DNA of 64,000 nt from Seison nebaliae (Eukaryota): the NCBI GenBank assembly GCA_023231475.1, contig JALJEE010001331.1, positions 1 through 64,000 of the forward strand. The letters run 5' to 3'. Below, piece by piece: positions 11,630 to 23,581 of the stretch. A program made the translations under genes and the position numbers. Every line of letters starts with the position of its first letter. Positions within the stretch are counted from its first letter, which is position 1. The notes under the pieces are model-generated. The model made no database searches, was not told where the DNA came from, and was given only the letters and a program-made list of their open reading frames with translations.

Positions 11630-13968
11630 ATTCTCTCATAAGAAAAAATATTTTCTAAAAATTAATAAATTGTTTCTTTACGAAAACGGTTCGGGTCAAA
11701 ATACGAACGTCAGTAGTACGTTGTACAACTGACAATTGAATAGAATTAGTAAAATTGTATAAAAATAATATTCGTATAACTTTTCTTACAATTAAACATT
11801 GGTCTATTATATTCTTCAATCGTTTTCATTGAAATCAATTATTATTGATAATATTATTGGAAACACATTGATGTTATTATCAAAAATTTTAACTTCATTC
11901 CTACATAAAAAAACTGTTCGATGTTCTCATATATACTCATACTTTCAATTCATGGTCTCTCAATAATAGAATGAATATTAATTTGCATGCATCACCTTCA
12001 ATAGCTACCTCTCATTTCCAAATAAACAGGTCCCGACTACTCAAACAATAACTTATTCTCAATAAGTGTCATTCTCAAATAACAATGCAGAAACTTTAAA
12101 TTATTTTTAATAAATTTTAAAGAAAATTTTACTATCGATTATGATGACCAAAAAAATCTCAGTGACATAATTGTTACTAGTGATATTGATGCGAAGTGCG
12201 AAGGGAAATTTTGGAAAACGACTGGATACTTTTAAACATTATTATTAAACTATTATGATAATTTTCGTTCAATTCTTCTTTTATCGAATTAATTTCATTA
12301 ATAAATATTTCTAATTCGCACAAAATTAGTAGAAATCTGAATGAATTGAGATCAGTTACCTAATAAAAATCGAATTACACATGGACCAATAATAATAACC
12401 GATTATGAAAGTTATCAAAGATTATCAGCTTATCAGAGATTATGTAAAAAATTTTCTATTGAACCTCCGTTAATTATCTGGAGAAAATTTATTTGTTTAT
12501 GATTAATCAAATTATGTAATGTCATTCATTCCCTTCACATAAACATAACTACGAGAACGTTAATGTGCCATCTGGAAAGAAGGACGTAACTTTTGAGAGG
12601 CTTAAATCTTCTTCCTATTTCACAATTCTCACACCAAAAAGGAAATAGACAATATTTTGGAAATTAAGTATAATCTCATTTTAATTATTGTCATTAATCG
12701 TCTGCGTTCCAATACAACTTACTACCTGTAGAAATTAGACGGAAAATTCTAATATAAAATCTTGCCGATCAGTTGCGATGAAAGGTGGAATGAATGGTAA
12801 AAATACCGAAGAACATCTGAAAATCAAATTACCTTCTCTCACTATGTAAATTTTGTGGAAGAATAAATAAATAGAAGAGAATGTTCTCTTTTTTCTAATT
12901 TCATAAATGATAATGGAATGAAATCATAAAGAATCATCGATTCTTTAACAATATCATCATTGACGTCGCGTAAGAAATGAAAGTGAAATCATCACGTTTT
13001 GATGTCATTTTTAAGAGAAAGAAATTGAATATGTAAGCAAGTGTCTATGTATATATATGTGGATGATGATGATGTTGGTGACGATGATGATTGGAATAAT
13101 TGTTATTGTTCTTATTATTGGAACTCTTATCAATGTTGATTTCGTTTTAACATTTCCCGTCAATGAATTATTTTAATGTTTAGTGTAACCATATCGTACA
13201 TGACTCACATAGTCGAATGTGCTTATGTAGATGAGTTTATTTGTCATATAACTGATGGAAGATTATGGAATAAGACATAATAAATTTCATCTTTCCCATT
13301 TCATTTCACATTTCCTTTCGAACCATCATAAAATTTATGTATATGTCATTCCTTCACTGTCGTTGTGTGTTTGTATGTTATATAATAGACAATAGAAACC
13401 TTCCAATGTACTTATATTACCAATGATATCGACTAATAATAAGAGAAATTGCATTATCTCTAACGAGAATTACTAATAACAAAAAGAATTTTATTCGTTT
13501 CACATTTATCGATAAGTAAGATAGTTTTAATTGAATTTAATTCAACATATAATTTAGAAATAATTATACTACTACTATTTTACTATTGTAAATACTAATT
13601 AGTCATAAGTCATACGATTTATTAAAGTGGTATGTAATACTGTTATATTATATACGTAATAATAATAATATTTTATTTTGAAAGTAATTGAGATTTTCAG
13701 AAGAAACTTAAACTCATGAGAATATTGGTGTAAAAAATAACTCTATCAAAATCATTTATTTCGTTTAATAAATAAAATGGAAAATATTTTTATGAAAAAT
13801 AATAATTGTCTTTCTTCGTTTGGGGGTAGCGATTGATTGACGATTAATTCCATTCAAATGGGGAAAAAGAGTTAATTGGAAAATTGAAATTATAACGATT
13901 GAAACAATATGTTGAACATGTGGAAATTGGCCGATAAAAATTATATTTGTGGATTTAGAAGTGTTCGT

Positions 13969-14346
13969 TTATGCATCAGGAATTGAACATAAAGGATTCA
14001 ATGGAACGCATGCTCGCAATTCACCAGGTTTGGCATGTTCGCACAATTTTTCATATCCTTTGTGTGCCTTTTCTCGATTCTTTTCCCGTTTAATGTCATT
14101 AGCTTTCTTAATTTGGGCGGGAGATTTGGAACTCCAGAAACGTTTCAAAAACGTATGAGCTTCATCTTTTTCTAAAGAAAATGAGTAGTCAAAAATTATT
14201 TATATCAAAATTATTAGTCCAAAATATTAACGTAAGAAATTCACCAAGTCTTCCATCGAATCGTCGTCGGATTCACATCTCACGGATGTGAATAGAACGA
14301 AGCTCGATACGAGCAATAATGTGACAATGGACAAATGTTTGTACAT
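13969..14346 (-). CDS. 105-aa secreted protein precursor with a Gla-propeptide-like motif (matrix Gla protein-like); 2 coding exons, not in the ORF track
   Basis: Exons 14346-14232 and 14171-13969 are joined by a 60-nt GTT..TAG intron, giving MYKHLSIVTLLLVSSFVLFTSVRC-ESDDDSMEDLVNFLQKDEAHTFLKRFWSSKSPAQIKKANDIKREKNREKAHKGYEKLCEHAKPGELRACVPLNPLCSIPDA*. The signal peptide is clear; the family assignment is tentative. Confidence 0.65.
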
Positions 14347-15084
14347 GGTCTATTCGTTAAAGAGAAAGAAGAATAAGAAAGAACTTTAGAACAATTAATA
14401 AAAATGAGACGCAAGAAATTTTACGGAAATTATTTATGTTCGAAATATTTCCGAGAAATGATGGAAATTTCTCACAATGAAATTGTTGAAGAAGAAGTTC
14501 TCTTTATCGTCGATTTATAGCTGATTTGTACCTCCGACGCATCATTTAAATTCTTACCTAATTGTCAATGGACCAGCAAACATCAAATAAACTAATGAAA
14601 CAATTTCTTATTTTCCTCCTTGACGATTGAAAGAATAGAAGTTAACAAAACAAAACTAGTCAACGGTTCCGTTGAACGATTGATAATAATCATGTAGAAC
14701 AGTTTTATGCGTAAATGACAAATGGCAATGATTCATTCATTCTCTTCCATAATAATTCATAATTCTTTTGTAATGATTCCTCATTATCACTAGTTGAATT
14801 TTTACATAACTATTCATATGTTGGTTAATAGTTTGAACATAATCATTGAGAATGATCTTGATCTAATGTCTCTTTTAAGAAATTTTCTTTAAAAATTTTA
14901 GATTTCTTTTAAGTTAAAGTTGATGAAATGATGTTGTAAACTTAAAGTTTTCATATATCAAATGATGAGAAATCAGAATGTTATTCAATAAACTTTACAA
15001 ATAAATGAATGATAAAGAAAAATAGAAATGGAAACAAAAAATTGAAAAAGAGAAAATTTTTTGAAAATTTTCACGATATAAATC

Positions 15085-18000
15085 TTAATCAATCGTTAAA
15101 TTATCGTTATTGTTTTCCGTATTTTGTATTGTCGAGGCTAACGATAGACGAGGTAATCCCGGTTCCAAAAAGGGAGAGAAATCTTCGTTTCGTGAATAAT
15201 AGATATGATTGTTCATTGGGAAATTGTTCGTTTTCTTTAGGTCATGACATTCACTTGATTCGTTGTTGGAGGTGGAATAATCGAAACTGAGTTTTTTCGA
15301 ATCCGTCAGAAATGATGTGGTACTAGCTGACATTTGATTATCATAATTCAAATGAGCTTCTCCTTCTGTTATTGATGATTCCTCAAATCGTTGTTGTTGA
15401 TATTGATATGAAGGATTGGTGATCGCATAGAAGGGAGTGACATGATTATCTTTCCATTTGGATAATTCTTTCGATAATGTTTTAATATTTTCACTATTCT
15501 TTATTCGTTGCATTGTTGTCTCATTGTCATTAGGGTTATTTCCTGAATTACATTCTGGAATATTCTGATTCACGGTATTAGTAGTAGTTGTAGGAGAAAG
15601 TGGAAGATTGGAGCAATTGCTAATCATCGATTTGTCATTAATAAAAAGAAATTTCAAATGCTCTTCAGCTTGTTCGATAGCTGCATCAATTTTGTTAACT
15701 GTGGAATTTAATGGAGAATCGAACTTCCAATCTTCAGGTAATAATTTAGGATGTAAATTGGCGTTGACAGAAAATACTGAACGAGAACGTTTTCCGTTGT
15801 CGATGGAAGTCCCATTAATTTTCTTGGTAAGATTTCTGATGAATTCAATATTATTATTCGTATCCAAATTCTTCATTCTTCCATCGATCTCTTCCGTTTT
15901 ATCATGTTGACTCTCATCTTCATCTTCTAATATTGTCACTTTGATATTATTCTTCTTATCGTCGACACTTAACATTGATTGTTTCGTTGAATTGATTTGA
16001 TGAGCTTTTGGAGAAGTATTCATAATATCAGTCAATGATGAAGAGGAAGCAAATGACATTTTTGAAAGAATATTATTGTCATTTTGGGTACTAATTGACT
16101 TATGCAGAAAACCATCTGATGGTTTCAATCGGGAAGAACGTCGTATAAAACATCGAACTGATATGATCATAATGATTGAAATGATTATCAAACTAATGAT
16201 TATTACAATCAATAACGTCGTTGATCGATGGAAACTTACCGTTCCATTTAAAATTGCATTATATTCATCATCTTTCCTCTTATTCTCATCCATCGGATCA
16301 TCCGCCAATAAATTGTCGGTTAATTTTCCTGTTTCTATTAAATTCTTATCGTTCGTTTCATAATATAATGCATTGAATGAATGAGTTAAAAGTAAGTTGA
16401 CTTTAACATAATTATTATATTTTTCTTTCGAAACAATTTGCATATTTTTATTATGAAATTCAAGTTTCATTTCATCAGACATCTTCGGGATAATAATTGA
16501 TAATTTGATGATAATTTTGAATAGATTTCTCTCATTCTTTACATTCATTCCATTTAACATATTTTCCGATAGAAGAAACTTGAAATAAATTAATCGATTT
16601 TCTGAATATTTATATTTCAATCGATACATATTGTCATCCAAATAATTGTCATTGGAACGATCAAATAAATTTAACGTTCTATTCTCACGAATTTCCACGT
16701 CGATACCGATTAGGGAAATATCTGTCAAATATTGTTCATTCGTCGGTCGTAATGATAATAATCCATACAACATATCACCAAAATGAAAGTTGTTAATTTC
16801 ATTTTTTTCCATACTATTCTCTTCATAAAACGGAAAAGTTTTCATCGAAAACGTCAAATCGAATTCCGATAGTAATTCTAAAAATTTTATCATAAATAAC
16901 TTTATGAAGAATTTTCCAAAGCAAAATTTAAAAAAACTTTTCGGACAAGTTGATATCTGTTTCACTTTTATAATTTCAAGTTTTTCGTTGTTGATTTCTT
17001 CTCGTAGAATTAAAGGTTTCTTTTCAAAATATCTACATTCCAACATCGTACAATTACAGACGACATGCTAGAAAATACATATAATTATTATTAATGGAAA
17101 AATGGAGATAAAAATTGATAATAACAATAGTTCTTTTCGTTTGTTCCGAGGTACACGATAAAGAATTTACGTCGAATAAGAAGTTATCGAAATTAGATAA
17201 TTTCGTGGACGTTCTCTCTTTTTCATAAGACAATAAGAATTGTTCCAATTGTAAATTGATATTCATTTGTAACTGACATGAATTCGAATTTTCTAAATGT
17301 TTCATTGATGAATTAATTTCATGAAACTTCGTATCAACTAATCCGTCTTGATTTTTAAATAAAATTTGTTTCAGGTTTATAATCTTGGTCCAATTTTGTA
17401 ATGCATTTATTAATCGAAATTCGATAATATGAGGTAATTCATTGTTATCGATCAGTTCATTGACAGATATGGACGAACGTTGGAAATACAACGGAAACAA
17501 GAAGGTAATTAATCTTTCGAAGTTCTTCTCAATCTCATAACTCATTTTTGGTAATTCACGAGTTGTTCCGTTAATAAATTTTATGAGGCATTCCACAAGT
17601 ATTCTTTCTTGACTTTCTGATTCTCCATCAAGTCTCAGAGACAAATTTAACTTCTCATTAATTCTTGTTAACCAAATATTCTTCTGATTAATATTCAACT
17701 GAATATTCTTCTTCGGTGCAATCGGTTCATTTAAGAAATGTTTTAGTTTGAGAGTAATATCAGTAAAATTAAATTTCGATAAATATTTCTTCATCGATCC
17801 CAATGAACGGCGATCTTTTTCTGTCAATTTTTCGGGCGGTATCAATTGAATCAATAATTCATCATTCCCACTCACCAAAGTATATTGAGCATTCGTTAAA
17901 ACTATTTTATAAACATGTTCACTCCTTTAAAAAAAAGTTAATTATATTATTATTCGAAAAGTTCCACAAAATGATTCTAACTTGTTTAATGGCGTAACAA

Positions 18001-21000
18001 TTTGACAGGGTTGAAGACTTTCGCCTTCATCAAAATATATTTGGTGAGAGAATATGACTTGTTCATTTAACATCGTCAAACAATCGATATTAGCGTGATG
18101 TTGAAGATTACCAATTCGTTTGACCAGCAATTCGCCCACTTGTATTTCCGTTTTAACATAATTCAATTCCCATGTTGAATAATCTAAATAAATGGAAATG
18201 GATTAATGGAATTGAGAGAATAAATAATGAGCATTTCTAACCATTTGTTAATGCAGAAACGATATCTATATAATCTTTTTGATTGATATTCTTCAAATTT
18301 AAAATTGGTGCTGGAACTTTAATGGAATTTTTATTTTTCTCAATTTTAGCGAACGAATTCGAAACAGTTGACACCGATGTAACAATAGAGATGGTGGACG
18401 GTAGACGTTGTTTTAAGAATTGGATGACCGACCATTGAATGATGAAAGTGAATTCTTTTCGTCGACAAGAGTTCTGTCCATTACAGAGGAAGAATGTAAA
18501 ACGGTCGTTTGTAGGAATAAGATTAGATCGTTCGTCCATTTGATGATATTGAGAATATCGACGATATCGATTATTTTCTTCACTCAATAACGAATGGTAA
18601 TCCAATTCATAAAATATTTTCCTATTATTTATTTCGATTTGAGAGAACATGGAAACGATTGAATTATCTCTCATGACTCGACCATATTTCGGTTGTGTTT
18701 GAATCTTATAAACGATATTAGAGATTGACCCGTATCGTTTATTTGAATTAATTGCCATTAATTCATTTTGTGTAATAACACGTCCATATGAATCATTTAA
18801 TGATAATGGATTATTGCTCAATTGAAAGATGTGAGCGAATCCTTTGTTTTTCAGCAATTCGATTTCATTTAATAAATAATTTCGACAATGAAAATACTCT
18901 TTCAAATCTATTTTAATGATAATGTCTATCCAATTTAATCGATTCCATTTCTTCCCATTCACATAAAATACAATTGATGAATTAGTTGTGAAAAATTTGA
19001 GGGAAATTGAAATTTTATTCTTTGTGGATTTTGGCTCTTTCATAATCATTCTTAATCTTCCTTTACCTCTCAACCAATCGTGCAATGAAATTTGATTAGT
19101 TACTCGCCACAAATGATTACGAGAACTCTCTAAATTAAAAGATCTACCCGATTTTAAAATGAGATAGATTGATTTATATTTTTCCAAATCGTTTTCCTTC
19201 TCAATTTCTAAAGATGAATTAGTTGAATAATAATAATCGATAATTTGGTTGTTCTTACATGATCCATCTCTTGTGTTCCATTTGTAAATCCATTCAGATG
19301 ATATCGTCATTGAAACATTCTCCTTTCTTACAATTTCCACGGATTGTTTCATTTCCATATCATATGCTATTTTATTTAATCCATCGTCAATTGTAAAGTT
19401 CATGAAGAAATTATCATAATAATTCCGATGAATATTGAGACAAATTGTATTTCTTAAAATATCACTGATTTTAAACGAGTAAATGGCGTTTCCTTTCTCA
19501 AACAAGCATTGACTTTTCGTATTATTTTTGAATAAATAAACTGATTCGATAAAAGATATTGTTAAAAAGAGATAATTAAAGAACAAACCTGATGGATTTC
19601 TTGAAATTAAATTAACATTTAATTCTTCGGGCGAATTGTCGACGTCATATATGAAGAATGCTTCGGTCATATCGAAACAATAACATTTAGTTTTGTTAAT
19701 TTTCCTATTCAATTGAATTTTCGTTAGTTTACTCCCGTGAATTTGAGGTTTCATCGATATTCTTTGAATTTCATAATGAAATTTTTGTTTTGAAAGTTTT
19801 TGTTGATTCGTTGAACAAATGATGTCGAATTCAAACCAACCAATTTGACGAGGTAATCGATCGGTTTTCATTCTTTTCAGTTTCAGTTTTTCTGGAAAAT
19901 CAGTAGAGAATATTTGTGGAAAAGAATTTGAATAAAACTTCTATTAATATCATTTTGAGTAAACGTTGTATTTGGAGGAATGATTTGTTCATTCAACAAC
20001 AAACTGATTTGGTTATTTGATGGATGAATAGTTCGATAAATATAAAAAATATTCGTACTCTGATTGTTATAACCATTGATTGAATACAAATAATTGTTAC
20101 TAATGATTACAGATGATTCTAAAAAGAAAATAATGAAAAGATCAGAAACTAAAAGAAAAAAATAGAACTTTCTTTCATTACCAATAATCGATTGCGTTTA
20201 ATAATAGGCAATGCATAATTCATTTGCATTTCTTCTTGCAATTTCTGATGTAATCGTTTTCGATCTTGTTCGAAGAATTCTTTAGGAAATTGAATGAAAA
20301 TTGTATAATTTTTCTTATTTTCATTTCGATCACTTAATCGTACGATGAAGAAATCTCGTTGATATTTACTTTCGATATTCAACGGATAATTCTTTTTGAA
20401 AACGAGCAAGAAATCTTTAATTTGTAAATAATTATATAGTTGTTTCATTTGAATATGATAAATTTGTTGTGTGTTTGACTGAAAAAGAATCTTTCCAAAT
20501 AATGGGAAAGCAATAAATTCGATGAAAATATCTTTCTCTTTCGTATCAGAATCTTCAATTGATTCAAATAAATTCTTAAATGCACAAAGTGATCGATTGG
20601 ACGAGAAATAGTTGCAAAAATATCTAAAATTAGTTTCATCGAATCGACTAAAATAGGGTTCATCGTCATCAATTTTCTACAAATAATGAATAATTCTTTT
20701 AAGTCAAATAATATTGGAACTTTAATATTGATAATTAATTTCATTGATTCGTTACTTTGTTGTATTCCATCGAAAGCTTTCAAGTGAATAGTCGCACTTT
20801 TCGTTTTACCTAACGGTTTTATATAAACCTTCTTCTCTAAAATATCCGTCAACTTAAACCGTTGGAGTGATATCTTCGGATCTAGAAACGAATAATAAAA
20901 TAAATTTCATTTAAACGGAAGTTTTAAACTTTGTTGATTATAAATTATGTAAGAATCATCATTTCCCATATGCACGATGGACAATTCGCTCAATTCACTA

Positions 21001-23581
21001 TCATGATCTTTGATATTGAACAAATCTTTTGGAAGGAGAATATTCTCATTCTCATTTATATGAAACTCATAAAGATATTCGGTAGAATTTCCGGTTTTGT
21101 AAACTTTGACGTTTTCCTTAAATGGCTGGGCAATTGTAGGGGCGATATTGTTAATTGGCTTTATTAGGATCGTTAATATTTGATCAGTTAAACGATTATC
21201 ATTCGAATCAATTACGTCAAAATGGATTTTATCAACAATCATGGAAGTTCCAATTTCTTTCGGTGCTTCATATCGTAATTGAAGATTATTTAAGTTATTC
21301 GTTGTAAACATATCACCAATAGTCAACGCAGTGATTGTCAAGTCTTCATCAGTAAATGTCTGGGATGATGTTAATTGCAATTGACCATAAACCGGTAATT
21401 TTATTAGAATAAATCGAAGATTTTTATCATTGTCTTTATAACAAATCGATTGATTTGTAATTGTAATTATCGAATTTTCTGGTATGCCATTTAACGTAAT
21501 CTCATCCAATTCATCATATGACAATTCTTGCAATCTATCATATATTAATAATGTACAACCGTTTTTTAATTCGGGAACTGTATCATCCATGTTATCCAAC
21601 CAACTTTTCTTATCGATTATCGATTCGAGATTCATTATATTCGATGAAGAAATATATTCATTCCAATCGAATGGTAATCGAAATTTTAAAAGTAATCGAA
21701 CCAAATTTAATCGATCACTCACTTCCACATAAATTTTCGTTTTTAAATTATTAATTTGTTGAATATCGTTTTCGATTGAATAGATATTGGAAAATTTTAA
21801 TAAGAAATCTTTATTCTTCATTTGGTCTAGATTCATCATTCGATCTGTTGATCTCACTCGATATCTATCCGTCGCGTCCTAGAAAAGAAGAAATTCGAAG
21901 AGATTAGACTTGCAGATATGGGAGGTTTCTTTTCAAAAAATTTAGAATTACCTGAAGAGAAGGCGAAGAAATATGCGAAATATTATAAAATGGAAAGAGA
22001 GGAAGTGAAAAATTGTTATAAGGATTTCATTATCGACTGTCCTACCGGCGAAATGAATTTTGATACATTTCATAATGTTAGGAAATGTATATAATTCGCA
22101 TATTTTTAGAAAAGTATTTGAAAATAGATTATGAAAACTGAATATTCAACAATAGAAGTGAGGAATATATCTCGTTTTTTATTTAACGCAATCGATCTCA
22201 ATGGCGATGGAATTTTCAATTTTTCCGATTATTTGGCAGTAATTCAAAAAGTGAAATCTAAACACAATTTTGATAAGTTATCTGTATTATTCAATATTTT
22301 AGATACGGAAAAAAAAAGTTCTTAATTTTTTGCCATAATTCTCTCCTAATTCATTCCTTAGAGCTGATTACTTATCGAGATCTTTGTATTGTGTTCAAAG
22401 AATTATTCTTATTATTGGGAGAAGATGAATCTGAAATCATAAACTCGATTAGTATCTGTGTTACAGCTCTGTATCAAGAACTTAATCTGAGGAAGAAGTC
22501 AAATATAAATGCTGAACAATTCTATCAATTATCTCTGAATCGATGAACTTAATTTAATTCAATGAAAATTAAATTTTAAACTAACTTGTTTAATGATGAA
22601 ATATAATTGTTGTAGATTGGTTGTTAAATCGTATATACTCTCTAGACATCCGCTAATATTGAAATGGAAATTAGAGAATAATTCCTTTTCTTCATAATTT
22701 CCAACAGTTAGAGAATTCTGTTGTAATCGATTATCGTCCAATAACTGTAGTTGCACTTGACATTGTGCTGTTTCAATTTCATGATTCTTAATATAAGTTG
22801 AATTAAAGAATGTTGGAGCCCAAAGATCGGTTGGAAGTATGAGAAGTCGAAAATCGAAGTTCAGTTTCTGCAGTTTCTCCAATGATGATATGGGCCATTT
22901 CCGTTTCAAATGTTGGAATGTTCGACTTTTAATAAGTTGCTGAATGTTAATTTTTATTTTGAATTGTAATTTCCCAAGAAAATATAAAATGATTTTCGAT
23001 GAAGACAATTCGTTGTTTGTCGCATTTTTGAAATATATCAATTTTCTCCATTTGATTTGATTGTGAGATACAGTTTGAATATAAACCTTTCCATGATTCA
23101 ATTGTTTCTGTGAAAAAGCATAATCAGATACTTCTCTAACATGTCTTTCTCCATCGACAAATAGCTGAATATTCAAAGGAAGTGAAGTAATTTGATAAAT
23201 TAGGAAGTTTTCGAATTCTTGTAATTGGACAATCTTTCTTAAAATGACTACTTCTTTCTGATTCCAAAGTTGCTTATCTTGATGCATATGATTAAATATG
23301 TCGAATATAGTCAAAGTATATATCTGTTGTTCGTTCAATAACTTGATATTGTTATTTTGAAGAATTTGCTCTTTAAACAATTGTGCTGCACCTTCTTCGG
23401 GTAAAAGGATTTTTCTTCTCTTCAACGATTGTTGAAGAAGAACATTGTTACGAGAATGTAATGAATTAAGTTGATATATTCCATTGTTGGATATTGATGA
23501 CGAAGAGAATAAGTTGCAGTAATATCGATCAATTGGAATAATGGAAATTATTAATATGAAACTCAATATGGATTGCATCAT
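15085..23581 (-). CDS. FRAS1/FREM-family extracellular matrix protein: signal peptide, CSPG (NG2-type) repeats, Calx-beta-like region, single TM, cytoplasmic tail; at least 9 exons
   Basis: Nine track ORFs join in frame via GTT..AG introns (707, 48, 44, 50, 47, 58, 57, 58 nt). CSPG motifs include LPVYGQL..FTTNNL..LRY..D.IHFDVID..IKPINNIAP, QPKYG..FSQIEINNRKIFY..DRFTF and FIIQWSVIQF. The TM segment is LLIVIIISLIIISIIMIISV. Confidence 0.75.
21918..22546 (+). CDS. Neuronal calcium sensor / recoverin-family EF-hand protein of about 177 aa, nested antisense in intron 1 of the FREM-like gene
   Basis: Exons are 21918-22076, 22128-22317 and 22362-22546. It has an N-myristoylation-type start MGGFFS, the NCS EF1 motif YKDFIIDCPTG, EF2 DLNGDGIFNFSDY, and KL..LF..LD before EF3. 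Confidence 0.85.

Noticed and set aside
14350..14557. Possible canonical GTAAGA-donor 5' UTR intron for the secreted peptide gene
   Set aside because: A 35-43 nt GTT..TAG intron ending at the same acceptor explains the site equally well, and UTR introns cannot be fixed by reading frame.
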